A DNA stretch of 64,000 nucleotides from NCBI GenBank assembly GCA_964016885.1, contig OZ024740.1, positions 295,368,001 through 295,432,000 of the forward strand, written 5' to 3'. The translations under genes were made by a program, and so were the position numbers. Position 1 is the first letter of the stretch. Each line of letters begins with the position of its first letter. A model generated the notes under the pieces. The model saw only the letters and a program-made list of their open reading frames with translations, searched no databases and had not been told where the DNA came from. Shown here piece by piece: positions 15,106 to 31,700 of the stretch. This stretch comes from Eledone cirrhosa. Taxonomy: Eukaryota.

Positions 15106-15334
15106 TTTTTTTTGTTTATTTGCGTGCGTGTTTGTGCGTGTGGTTTATTCTTCATGACGTAATACCACTGCACCAAGTGACCCAAGAGAACCCGTGTTGA
15201 TTGACGGGTTTATGTCATGTGCCACGGTTTCTAATACTAAAAGCTCCCGGCCCCCACCACGCCACCCACACCAACAATAATGACGACGAAAAGGACATCA
15301 CTTCCTTAACTTCACCAATCCCACTAGTTTTAAT

Positions 15335-15482
15335 TATAGTAGTAGCAGCAGTAGTAGCAGTAGTAATAGTAGTAGTAGTAGTAGTAGTAGTAGTAATAAT
15401 AGTAGTAGCAGTAGTCGTAATAATAGTAGTAGTAGTAGTTGTTGTTGTTTTTGTTGTTCTTGTTGTGGTGATGGTGGTGGTG
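15335..15482. repeat. (TAG)n/(TTG)n/(GTG)n trinucleotide microsatellite
   Basis: Direct inspection. Confidence 0.9.
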
Positions 15483-15581
15483 TATATCGAAATAGGTTTT
15501 ACATGGTCGATGCATGTAAAAATTTCGTTGAGGTGATACAAAACTGTATCCTTCATAGAAATACTTTGTATCTTAAATATA

Positions 15582-15742
15582 TTGGTTTCTTAAATAGGCA
15601 CAAGGCCAGCAATTTGGGAGGAGGGGAAGTCGATTAAATCGACCCCAGTACGTGACTGGTACTTTATTTTATCGAACCCATAAGGATGAAAGGCAAAGTT
15701 AACCTCGGCAGGATTTGAACTTAGATCATAAAGGGCCGTAAT
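15582..15742 (-). mobile_element. tRNA-derived SINE, 5'-truncated copy
   Basis: Reverse complement carries B-box-like GTTCAAATCC and the core GTTAACTTTGCCTTTCATCCTTA..GTTCGATAAAATAAAGTACCAGT shared with copies at 46255, 51097 and 55032-55590. Confidence 0.85.
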
Positions 15743-15869
15743 TGCTGGCTGAATAGTTGGACCCAACCACAGGGCTGCACAGAAGTAATTAACTTCTTTA
15801 AAATAACATAATAGATATTTTTGAATATTGGACTTTAATTTAAAAAGATTTGTTTAAATATTCGATATT

Positions 15870-18800
15870 CATCATCACCACCACCATCACTACAGTCATC
15901 ACCACCACCATCACTACAGTCATCACCACCACCATCACTACAGTCATCACCACCACCATCACCACCACCATCACCACTGTCATCACCACCACCATCACTA
16001 CAGTCATCACCACCACCATCACTACTGTCATCACCACCACCATCACTACAGTCATCACCACCACCATCACCACCACCATCACCACTGTCATCACCACCAC
16101 CATCACTACAGTCATCACCACCACCATCACTACAGTCATCCCCACCACCATCACTACAGTCATCACCACCACCATCACTACAGTCATCACCACCACCATC
16201 ACCACCACCATCACCACCACCATCACCACTGTCATCACCACCACCATCACTACAGTCATCACCACCACCATCACTACAGTCATCCCCACCACCATCACTA
16301 CAGTCATCACCACCACCATCACCACCACCATCACCACTGTCATCACCACCACCATCACTACAGTCATCACCACCACCATCACTACTGTCATCACCACCAC
16401 CATCACTACAGTCATCCCCACCACCATCACTACAGTCATCACCACCACCATCACTACAGTCATCACCACCATCACTACTGTCATCATCACCACCATCACT
16501 ACTGTCATCATCACCACCATCACTACTGTCATCACCACCACCATCACTACTGTCATCACCACCACCATCACCACCACCATCACCACTGTCATCACCACCA
16601 CCATCACTACAGTCATCACCACCACCATCACTACAGTCATCACCACCACCATCACTACAGTCATCACCACCACCATCACTACAGTCATCCCCACCACCAT
16701 CACTACAGTCATCACCACCACCATCACTACAGTCATCACCACCACCATCACTACTGTCATCACCACCACCATCACTACAGTCATCCCCACCACCATCACT
16801 ACAGTCATCATCACCACCATCACTACAGTCATCATCACCACCATCACTACAGTCATCCCCACCACCATCACTACAGTCATCACCACCACCATCACTACAG
16901 TCATCACCACCACCATCACTACAGTCATCACCACCACCATCACCACTGTCATCACCACCACCATCACTACAGTCATCACCACCACCATCACTACTGTCAT
17001 CACCACCACCATCACTACTGTCATCACCACCACCATCACTACAGTCATCCCCACCACCATCACTACAGTCATCACCACCACCATCACTACAGTCATCACC
17101 ACCACCATCACTACAGTCATCACCACCACCATCACCACAGTCATCCCCACCACCATCACTACAGTCATCACCACCACCATCACTACTGTCATCACCACCA
17201 CCATCACTACAGTCATCCCCACCACCATCACTACAGTCATCACCACCACCATCACTACAGTCATCACCACCACCATCACTACTGTCATCACCACCACCAT
17301 CACTACAGTCATCCCCACCACCATCACTACAGTCATCATCACCACCATCACTACAGTCATCATCACCACCATCACTACAGTCATCCCCACCACCATCACT
17401 ACAGTCATCACCACCACCATCACTACAGTCATCACCACCACCATCACTACAGTCATCACCACCACCATCACTACTGTCATCACCACCACCATCACTACAG
17501 TCATCCCCACCACCATCACTACAGTCATCACCACCACCATCACCACAGTCATCACCACCACCATCACTACTGTCATCACCACCACCATCACTACAGTCAT
17601 CATCACCACCATCACTACAGTCATCCCCACCACCATCACTACAGTCATCACCACCACCATCACTACAGTCACCACCACCACCATCACCACTGTCACCACC
17701 ACCACCATCACTACAGTCATCACCACCACCATCACCACTGTCACCACCACCACCATCACTACAGTCATCACCACCACCATCACCACTGTCATCACCACCA
17801 CCATCACTACAGTCATCACCACCACCATCACTACAGTCATCACCACCACCATCACTACAGTCATCACCACCACCATCACTACAGTCATCCCCACCACCAT
17901 CACCACTGTCATCACCACCACCATCACTACTGTCATCACCACCACCATCACTACAGTCATCATCACCACCATCACTACAGTCATCCCCACCACCATCACC
18001 ACAGTCATCACCACCACCATCACCACTGTCATCACCACCACCATCACTACAGTCATCACCACCACCATCACCACTGTCACCACCACCACCATCACTACAG
18101 TCATCACCACCACCATCACCACTGTCATCACCACCACCATCACTACAGTCATCACCACCACCATCACTACAGTCATCACCACCACCATCACTACAGTCAT
18201 CCCCACCACCATCACTACAGTCATCCCCACCACCATCACCACAGTCATCACCACCACCATCACTACTGTCATCACCACCACCATCACTACAGTCATCATC
18301 ACCACCATCACTACAGTCATCCCCACCACCATCACTACAGTCATCACCACCACCATCACTACAGTCACCACCACCACCATCACCACTGTCACCACCACCA
18401 CCATCACTACAGTCATCACCACCACCATCACCACTGTCACCACCACCACCATCACTACAGTCATCACCACCACCATCACCACTGTCATCACCACCACCAT
18501 CACTACAGTCATCACCACCACCATCACTACAGTCATCACCACCACCATCACTACAGTCATCACCACCACCATCACTACAGTCATCCCCACCACCATCACC
18601 ACTGTCATCACCACCACCATCACTACAGTCATCACCACCACCATCACTACAGTCATCACCACCACCATCACTACAGTCATCACCACCACCATCACCACAG
18701 TCATCACCACCACCATCACTACAGTCATCACCACCACCATCACTACTGTCATCATCACCACCATCACTACTGTCATCATCACCACCATCACTACAGTCAT

Positions 18801-21800
18801 CACCACCACCATCACTACAGTCATCACCACCACCATCACTACTGTCATCACCACCACCATCACTACAGTCATCACCACCACCATCACTACAGTCATCACC
18901 ACCACCATCACTACAGTCATCATCACCACCATCACTACTGTCATCATCACCACCATCACTACAGTCATCCCCACCACCATCACCACAGTCATCACCACCA
19001 CCATCACCACTGTCATCACCACCACCATCACTACAGTCATCACCACCACCATCACTACTGTCATCACCACCACCATCACTACAGTCATCACCACCACCAT
19101 CACTACAGTCATCACCACCACCATCACTACAGTCATCCCCACCACCATCACTACAGTCATCACCACCACCATCACTACAGTCATCACCACCACCATCACT
19201 ACAGTCATCACCACCACCATCACTACAGTCATCACCACCACCATCACTACAGTCATCACCACCACCATCACTACAGTCATCACCACCACCATCACTACAG
19301 TCATCACCACCACCATCACTACAGTCATCCCCACCACCATCACTACAGTCATCACCACCACCATCACTACAGTCACCACCACCATCACTACAGTCATCAC
19401 CACCACCATCACTACTGTCATCATCACCACCATCACTACTGTCATCATCACCACCATCACTACTGTCATCACCACCACCATCACTACAGTCATCACCACC
19501 ACCATCACTACAGTCATCACCACCACCATCACCACTGTCATCACCACCACCATCACTACAGTCATCACCACCACCATCACTACAGTCATCACCACCACCA
19601 TCACCACTGTCATCACCACCACCATCACTACAGTCATCACCACCACCATCACTACAGTCATCACCACCACCATCACCACTGTCATCACCACCACCATCAC
19701 TACTGTCATCACCACCACCATCACTACAGTCATCACCACCACCATCACTACAGTCATCACCACCACCATCACTACTGTCATCACCACCACCATCACTACA
19801 GTCATCACCACCACCATCACTACAGTCATCCCCACCACCATCACTACAGTCATCACCACCACCATCACTACAGTCATCACCACCACCATCACCACTGTCA
19901 TCACCACCACCATCACTACAGTCATCACCACCACCATCACCACTGTCATCACCACCACCATCACCACTGTCATCACCACCACCATCACTACAGTCATCAC
20001 CACCACCATCACTACAGTCATCACCACCACCATCACTACAGTCATCACCACCACCATCACTACAGTCATCACCACCACCATCACCACTGTCATCACCACC
20101 ACCATCACTACTGTCATCACCACCACCATCACTACAGTCATCACCACCACCATCACTACAGTCATCACCACCACCATCACTACTGTCATCACCACCACCA
20201 TCACTACAGTCATCACCACCACCATCACTACAGTCATCACCAACACCATCACTACAGTCATCACCACCACCATCACTACAGTCATCACCACCACCATCAC
20301 CACTGTCATCAACACCACCATCACCACAGTCATCACCACCACCATCACTACAGTCATCACCACCACCATCACCACTGTCATCACCACCACCATCACTACT
20401 GTCATCACCACCACCATCACTACAGTCATCACCACCACCATCACTACAGTCATCACCACCACCATCACTACAGTCATCACCACCACCATCACTACTGTCA
20501 TCACCACCACCATCACCACTGTCATCACCACCACCATCACTACAGTCATCACCACCACCATCACTACTGTCATCACCACCACCATCACTACAGTCATCAC
20601 CACCACCATCACCACTGTCATCACCACCACCATCACTACTGTCATCACCACCACCATCACTACAGTCATCACCACCACCATCACTACTGTCATCACCACC
20701 ACCATCACTACTGTCATCACCACCACCATCACCACTGTCATCACAACCACCATCATTACTGTCACCACCACCACCACCACCACCACCACCATCACTACAG
20801 TCATCACCACCACCATCACTACAGTCATCACCACCACCATCACTACAGTCATCACGACCACCATCAGCACTGTCATCACCACCACCATCACCACTGTCAT
20901 CACCACCACCATCACTACAGTCATCACCACCACCATCACTACAGTCATCACCACCACCATCACCACTGTCATCACCACCACCATCACTACTGTCATCACC
21001 ACCACCATCACTACAGTCATCACCACCACCATCACTACAGTCATCACCACCACCATCACCACAGTCATCACCACCACCATCACCACTGTCATCACCACCA
21101 CCATCACTACAGTCATCACCACCACCATCACCACTGTCATCACCACCACCGTCACCACAGTCATCACCACCACCATCACCACAGTCATCACCACCACCAT
21201 CACTACAGTCATCACCACCACCATCACCACTGTCATCACCACCACCATCACTACAGTCATCACCACCACCATCACTACAGTCATCACCACCACCATCACC
21301 ACTGTCATCACCACCACCATCACTACTGTCATCACCACCACCATCACCACTGTCATCACCACCACCATCACTACAGTCATCACCACCACCATCACCATTG
21401 TCATCACCACCACCGTCACCACAGTCATCACCACCACCATCACCACAGTCATCACCACCACCATCACTACTGTCATCACCACCACCATCACCACTGTCAT
21501 CACCACCACCATCACTACAGTCATCACCACCACCATCACCACTGTCATCACCACCACCATCACCACTGTCATCACCACCACCATCACTACAGTCATCACC
21601 ACCACATCACTACTGTCATCACCACCACCATCACTACAGTCATCACCACCACCATCACTACAGTCATCACCACCACCATCACTACAGTCACCACCACCAT
21701 CACTACAGTCATCACCACCACCATCACCACCACCATCACCACTGTCATCACCACCACCATCACTACAGTCATCCCCACCACCATCACTACAGTCATCCCC

Positions 21801-24800
21801 ACCACCATCACTACAGTCATCACCACCACCATCACTACAGTCATCACCACCACCATCACTACAGTCATCACCACCACCATCACTACAGTCATCACCACCA
21901 CCATCACCACTGTCATCAACACCACCATCACCACTGTCATCACCACCACCATCACTACTGTCATCACCACCACCATCACCACTGTCATCACCACCACCAT
22001 CACCACTGTCATCACCACCACCATCACCACAGTCATCACCACCACCATCACTACTGTCATCACCACCACCATCACTACAGTCATCACCACCACCATCACT
22101 ACAGTCATCACCACCACCATCACTACAGTCACCACCACCATCACTACAGTCATCACCACCACCATCACCACCACCATCACCACTGTCATCACCACCACCA
22201 TCACTACAGTCATCACCACCACCATCACTACAGTCATCCCCACCACCATCACTACAGTCATCACCACCACCATCACTACAGTCATCACCACCACCATCAC
22301 TACAGTCATCACCACCACCATCACTACAGTCATCACCACCACCATCACTACTGTCATCACCACCACCATCACTACAGTCATCACCACCACCATCACTACA
22401 GTCATCACCACCACCATCACCACTGTCATCACCACCACCATCACTACAGTCATCACCACCACCATCACTACAGTCATCACCACCACCATCACCACTGTCA
22501 TCACCACCACCATCACTACAGTCATCACCACCACCATCACTACAGTCATCACCAACACCATCACTACAGTCATCACCACCACCATCACTACAGTCATCAC
22601 CACCACCATCACTACTGTCATCACCACCACCATCACTACTGTCATCACCACCACCATCACTACAGTCATCACCACCACCATCACTACAGTCATCACCACC
22701 ACCATCACTACAGTCATCACCACCACCATCACTACTGTCATCACCACCACCATCACCACTGTCATCACCACCACCATCACTACAGTCATCACCACCACCA
22801 TCACTACTGTCATCACCACCACCATCACTACAGTCATCACCACCACCATCACCACTGTCATCACCACCACCATCACTACTGTCATCACCACCACCATCAC
22901 TACTCTCATCACCACCACCATCACTACTGTCATCACCACCACCATCACTACTGTCATCACCACCACCATCACTACTGTCATCACCACCACCATCACTACT
23001 GTCATCACCACCACCATCACCACTGTCATCACAACCACCATCATTACTGTCACCACCACCACCACCACCACCACCATCACTACAGTCATCACCACCACCA
23101 TCACTACAGTCATCACCACCACCATCAGCACTGTCATCACCACCACCATCACTACAGTCATCACCACCACCATCACCACTGTCATCACCACCACCATCAC
23201 TACAGTCATCACCACCACCATCACTACAGTCATCACCACCACCATCACCACTGTCATCACCACCACCATCACTACTGTCATCACCACCACCATCACTACA
23301 GTCATCACCACCACCATCACTACAGTCATCACCACCACCATCACCACAGTCATCACCACCACCATCACCACTGTCATCACCACCACCATCACTACAGTCA
23401 TCACCACCACCGTCACCACAGTCATCACCACCACCATCACCACAGTCATCACCACCACCATCACTACAGTCATCACCACCACCATCACCACTGTCATCAC
23501 CACCACCATCACTACAGTCATCACCACCACCATCACTACAGTCATCACCACCACCATCACCACTGTCATCACCACCACCATCACTACTGTCATCACCACC
23601 ACCATCACCACTGTCATCACCACCACCATCACTACAGTCATCACCACCACCATCACCACTGTCATCACCACCACCGTCACCACAGACATCACCACCACCA
23701 TCACCACAGTCATCACCACCACCATCACTACAGTCATCACCACCACCATCACCACTGTCATCACCACCACCATCACTACAGTCATCACCACCACCATCAC
23801 CACTGTCATCACCACCACCATCACTACAGTCATCACCACCACCATCACCACTGTCATCACCACCACCATCACTACAGTCATCACCACCACCATCACTACA
23901 GTCATCACCACCACCATCACCACTGTCATCACCACCACCGTCACCACAGTCATCACCACCACCATCACTACAGTCATCACCACCACCATCACCACTGTCA
24001 TAACCACCACCATCACTACAGTCATCACCACCACCATCATTACAGTCATCACCACCACCATCACTACTGTCATCACCACCACCATCACTACAGTCATCAC
24101 CACCACCATCACTACTGTCATCACCACCACCATCACTACAGTCATCACCACCACCATCACTACAGCCACCACCATCACCACAGTCATCACCACCACCATC
24201 ACTACAGTCATCACCACCACCATCAGCACAGTCATCACCACCACCATCACTACTGTCATCACCACCACCATCACCACAGTCATCACCACCACCATCACCA
24301 CAGTCATCACCACCACCATCACTACAGTCATCACCACCACCATCACCACTGTCATCACCACCACCATCACTACAGTCATCACCACCACCATCACTACAGT
24401 CATCACCACCACCATCACTACTGTCATCACCACCACCATCACCACAGTCATCACCACCACCATCACTACTGTCATCACTACCACCATCACTACAGTCATC
24501 ACCACCACCATCACTACAGTCATCACCACCACCATCACCACTGTCATCACCATCACTACAGTCATCACCACCACCATCACTACAGTCATCACCACCACCA
24601 TCACTACAGTCATCACCACCACCATCACTACAGTCATCACCACCACCATCACCACTGTCATCACCACCACCATCACTACAGTCATCACCACCACCATCAC
24701 TACTGTCATCACCACCACCATCACTACAGTCATCACCACCACCATCACTACAGTCACCACCACCACCATCACTACAGTCATCACCACCACCATCACCACC

Positions 24801-25780
24801 ACCATCACTACTGTCATCACCACCACCATCACTACAGTCACCACCACCACCATCACCACTGTCATCACCACCACCATCACTACAGTCATCACCACCACCA
24901 TCACTACTGTCATCACCACCACCATCACTACAGTCATCACCACCACCATCACTACAGTCATCACCACCACCATCACCACTGTCATCACCACCACCATCAC
25001 TACAGTCATCACCACCACCATCACCACTGTTATCACCACCACCATCACTACAGTCATCACCACCACCATCACTACTGTCATCACCACCACCATCACTACT
25101 GTCATCACCACCACCATCACTACAGTCATCACTACAGTCATCACCACCACCATCACTACAGTCATCACCACCACCATCACTACAGTCATCACCACCACCA
25201 TCACTACAGTCATCACCACCACCATCACTACAGTCATCACCACCACCATCACTACATTCATCACCACCACCATCACTACAGTCATCACCACCACCATCAC
25301 TACAGTCATCACCACCACCATCACCACTGTCATCACCACCACCATCACTACTGTCATCACCACCACCATCACTACTGTCATCACCACCACCATCACTACA
25401 GTCATCACCACCACCATCACTACTGTCATCACCACCACCATCACCACAGTCATCACCACCACCATCACCACAGTCATCACCACCACCATCACCACTGTCA
25501 TCACCACCACCATCACCACAGTCATCACCACCACCATCACTACTGTCATCACCACCACCATCACTACAGTCATCACCACCACCATCACTACAGTCATCAC
25601 CACCACCATCACTACAGTCATCACCACCACCATAACTACAGTCATCACCACCACCATCACTACAGTCATCACCACCACCATCACTACAGTCATCACCACC
25701 ACCATCACCACTGTCATCACCAACCACCACCATCACTACTGTCATCACCACCACCATCACTACTGTCATCACCACCACCA
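15870..25780 (-). repeat. 24-bp satellite, reverse-complement orientation (CATCACCACCACCATCACTACAGT on +; ~410 units)
   Basis: Reverse complement of the unit at 4722-13908, with its own variants (CATCCCC, CATCATC, 12-bp half-unit deletions). Confidence 0.98.
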
Positions 25781-28700
25781 GATCTTAACCAACACCTTAC
25801 AAACACAGATCTTAACCAACACCTTACAAACACAGATCTTAACCAACACCTTACAAACACAGGTCTTAAGCAACACCTTACATACACAGATCTTAACCAA
25901 CACCTTACAAACACAGATCTTAAGCAACACCTTACATACACAGATCTTAACCAACACCTTACAAACACAGATCTTAACCAACACCTTAAAAATACAGATC
26001 TTAACCAACACCTTACAAACACAGATCTTAAGCAACACCTTACATACACAGATCTTAACCAACACCTTACAAACAGATGTTAACCAACACCTTACAAACA
26101 GAGATCTTAACCAACACCTTACAAACACAGATCTTAACCAACACCTTACAAACACAGATCTTAACCAACACCTTACAAACACAGATCTTAACCAACACAT
26201 TACAAACACAGATCTTAACCAACACCTTACAAACACAGTTCTTAACCAACACCTTACAAACACAGATCTTAACCAACACCTTACAAACACAGATCTTAAC
26301 CAACACATTACAAACACAGATCTTAACCAACACCTTACAAACACAGATCTTAACCAACACCTTACAACCACAGATCTTAACCAACACCTTAAAAACACAG
26401 ATCTTAACCAACACTTTACAAACACAGATCTTAACCAACACCTTACAAACACAGATCTTAACCAACACCTTACAAACAGATCTTAACCAACACCTTACAA
26501 ACACAGATCTTAACCAACACCTTACAAACACAGATCTTAACCAACACCTTACAAACACAGATCTTAACCGACACCTGACATACACAGATATTAACCAACA
26601 CCTTACAAACACAGATCTTAACCAACACCTTACATACACAGATCTTAACCAACACCTTACATACACAGATCTTAACCAACACCTTACAAACACAGATCTT
26701 AACCAACACCTTACAAACACAGATCTTATCCAACACCTTACAAACAGATCTTAACCAACACCTTACAAACACAGATCTTAACCAACACATTACAAACACA
26801 GATCTTTACCAACACCTTACAAACACAGATCTTAACCAACACCTTACAAACACAGATCTTAACCAACACCTTACAAACACAGATCTTAACCAACACCTTA
26901 CAAACACAGATCTTAACCAACACATTACAAACACAGATCTTAACCAACACCTTACAAACACAGATCTTAACCAACACATTACAAACACAGATCTTAACCA
27001 ACACCTTACAAACACAGATCTTAACCAACACCTTACAAACATAGATCTTAACCAACACTTTACAAACACAGATCTTAACCATCAGCTTACAAACAGATCT
27101 TAACCAACACCTTACAAACACAGATCTTAACCAACACCTTACAAACACAGATCTTTACCAACACCTTACAAACACAGATCTTAACCAACACCATACAAAC
27201 ACAGATCTTAACCAACACCTTACAAACACAGATCTTAAGCAACACCTTACATACACAGATCTTAACCAACACCTTACAAACACAGATCTTAACCAACACC
27301 TTACAAACACAGATCTTAACCAACACCTTACAAACAGATCTTAACCAACACCTTACAAACACAGATCTTAACCAACACATTACACACACAGATCTTTACC
27401 AACACCTTACAAACACAGATCTTAACCAACACCATACAAACACAGATCTTAACCAACACCTTACAAATACAGATCTTAATCAACACCTTACATACACAGA
27501 TCTTAACCAACACCTTACAAACACAGATCTTAACCAACACATTACAAACACAGATCTTAACCAACACCTTACAAACACAGATCTTAACCAACACCTTACA
27601 AACACAGATCTTAACCAACACCTTACAAACACAGATCTTAACCAACACCTTACAAACACAGATCTTAACCAACACCTTACAAACACAGATCTTAACCAAC
27701 ACATTACAAACACAGATCTTAACCAACACCTTACAAACACAGATCTTAACCAACACATTACAAACACAGATCTTAACCAACACATTACAAACACAGATCT
27801 TTACCAACACCTTACAAACACAGATCTTAACCAACACCTTACAAACACAGATCTTAACCAACACCTTACAAACACAGATCTTAACCAACACCTTACAAAC
27901 ACAGATCTTAACCAACACATTACAAACACAGATCTTAACCAACACCTTACAAACACAGATCTTAACCAACACATTACAAACACAGATCTTAACCAACACC
28001 TTACAAACACAGATCTTAACCAACACCTTACAAACATAGATCTTAACCAACACTTTACAAACACAGATCTTAACCAACACCTTACAAACACAGATCTTAA
28101 CCAACACCTTACAAACACAGATCTTTACCATAACCTTACAAACACAGATCTTAACCAACACCATACAAACACAGATCTTAACCAACACCTTACAAACACA
28201 GATCTTAAGCAACACCTTACATACACAGATCTTAACCAACACCTTACAAACACAGATCTTAACCAACACCTTACAAACACAGATCTTAACCAACACCTTA
28301 CAAACAGATCTTAACCAACACCTTACAAACACAGATCTTAACCAACACATTACACACACAGATCTTTACCAACACCTTACAAACACAGATCTTAACCAAC
28401 ACCATACAAACACAGATCTTAACCAACACCTTACAAACACAGATCTTAATCAACACCTTACATACACAGATCTTAACCAACACCTTACAAACACAGATCT
28501 TAACCAACACATTACAAACACAGATCTTAACCAACACCTTACAAACACAGATCTTAACCAACACCTTACAAACACAGATCTTAACCAACACCTTACAAAC
28601 ACAGATCTTAACCAACACCTTACAAACACAGATCTTAACCAACACATTACAAACACAGATCTTAACCAACACATTACAAACACAGATCTTAACCAACACC

Positions 28701-31700
28701 TTACAAACACAGATCTTAACCAACACATTACAAACACAGATCTTAACCAACACCTTACAAACACAGATCTTAACCAACACCTTACAAACACAGATCTTAA
28801 CCAACACTTTACAAACACAGATCTTAACCAACAGCTTACAAACAGATCTTAACCAACACCTTACAAACACAGATCTTAACCAACACCTTACAAACACAGA
28901 TCTTTACCAACACCTTACAAACACAGATCTTAACCAACACCTTACAAACACAGATCTTAACCAACACCTTACAAACACAGATCTTAACCAACACCTTACA
29001 AACACAGATCTTAACCAACACATTACAAACACAGATCTTAACCAACACCTTACAAACACAGATCTTAACCAACACATTACAAACACAGATCTTAACCAAC
29101 ACCTTACAAACACAGATCTTAACCAACACCTTACAAACACAGATCTTAACCAACACCTTACAAACACAGATCTTAACTAACACCTTACAAACACAGATCT
29201 TAACCAACACCTTATAAACACAGATCTTAACCAACACCTTACAAACACAGATCTTAACCAACACCTTACAAACACAGATCTTAACCAACACCTTACAAAC
29301 ACAGATCTTAACCAACACCTTACAAACACAGATCTTAACCAACACCTTACAAAAACAGATCTTAACCAACACGTTACAAACACAGATCTTAACCAACACC
29401 TTACAAACAGATCTTAACCAACACCTTACAAACACAGATCTTAACCAACACCTTACAAACACAGATCTTAACCAACACCTTACATACACAGATCTTAACC
29501 AAAACCTTACATACACAGATCTTAACCAACACCTTACAAACACAGATCTTAACCAACACCTTACATACACAGATCGTAACCAACACCTTAGAAACACAGC
29601 TCTTAACCAACACCTTACAAACACAGTTCTTTACCAACACCTTACAAACACAGATCTTAACCAACACCTTACAAACAGATCTTAACCAACACCTTACAAA
29701 CACAGATCTTAACCAACACCTTACAAACACAGATCTTAACCAACACCTTACAAACACAGATCTTAACCAACACATTACAAACACAGATCTTAACCAACAC
29801 CTTACAAACACAGATCTTAACCAACACCTTACAAACACAGATCTTAACCAACACCTTACATACACAGATCTTAACCAACACCTTACAAACACAGATCTTA
29901 ACCAACACCTTACAAACACAGATCTTAACCAACACCTTACAAACACAGATCTTAACCAGCAGCTTACAAACAGATCTTAACCAACACCTTACAAACACAG
30001 ATCTTAACCAACACCTTACAAACACAGATCTTAACCAACACCTTACAAACACAGATCTTAACCAACACCTTACAAACAGATCTTAACCAACACCTTACAA
30101 ACACAGATCTTAACCAACACATTACAAACACAGATCTTTACCAACACCTTACAAACACAGATCTTAACCAACACCTTACAAACACAGATCTTAACCAACA
30201 CCTTACATACACAGATCTTAACCAACACCTTACAAACACAGATCTTAACCAACACATTACAAACACAGATCTTTACCAACACCTTACAAACACAGATCTT
30301 AACCAACACCTTACAAACACAGATCTTAACCAACACCTTACAAAAACAGATCTTAACCAACACCTTACAAACACAGATCTTAACCAACACCTTACAAACA
30401 CAGATCTTAACCAACACCTTACATACACAGATCTTAACCAACACCTTACATACACAGATCTTAACCAACACCTTACAAACACAGATCTTAACCAACACCT
30501 TACAAACACAGATCTTATCCAACACCTTACAAACAGATATTAACCAACACCTTACAAACACAGATCTTAACCAACACATTACAAACACAGATCTTTTCCA
30601 ACACCTTACAAACACAGATCTTAACCAACACCTTACAAACACAGATCTTAACCAACACCTTACAAACACAGATCTTAACCAACACCTTACAAACACAGAT
30701 CTTAACCAACACATTACAAACACAGATCTTAACCAACACCTTACAAACACAGATCTTAACCAACACATTACAAACACAGATCTTAACCAACACCTTACAA
30801 ACACAGATCTTAACCAACACCTTACAAACATAGATCTTAACCAACACTTTACAAACACAGATCTTAACCATCAGGTTACAAACAGATCTTAACCAACACC
30901 TTACAAACACAGATCTTAACCAACACCTTACAAACACAGATCTTTACCAACACCTTACAAACACAGATCTTAACCAACACCATACAAACACAGATCTTAA
31001 CCAACACCTTACAAACACAGATCTTAAGCAACACCTTACATACACAGATCTTAACCAACACCTTACAAACACAGATCTTAACCAACACCTTACAAACACA
31101 GATCTTAACCAACACCTTACAAACAGATCTTAACCAACACCTTACAAACACAGATCTTAACCAACACCTTACAAACACAGATCTTAACCAACACCTTACA
31201 AACACAGATCTTAACCAACACCTTACAAACACAGATCTTAACCAACACATTACAAACACAGATCTTAACCAACACATTACAAACACAGATCTTAACCAAC
31301 ACCTTACAAACACAGATCTTAACCAACACATTACAAACACAGATCTTAACCAACACCTTACAAACACAGATCTTAACCAACACCTTACAAACACAGATCT
31401 TAACCAACACTTTACAAACACAGATCTTAACCAACAGCTTACAAACAGATCTTAACCAACACCTTACAAACACAGATCTTAACCAACACCTTACAAACAC
31501 AGATCTTTACCAACACCTTACAAACACAGATCTTAACCAACACCTTACAAGCACAGATCTTAACCAACACCTTACAAACACAGATCTTAACCAACACCTT
31601 ACAAACACAGATCTTAACCAACACATTACAAACACAGATCTTAACCAACACCTTACAAACACAGATCTTAACCAACACATTACAAACACAGATCTTAACC

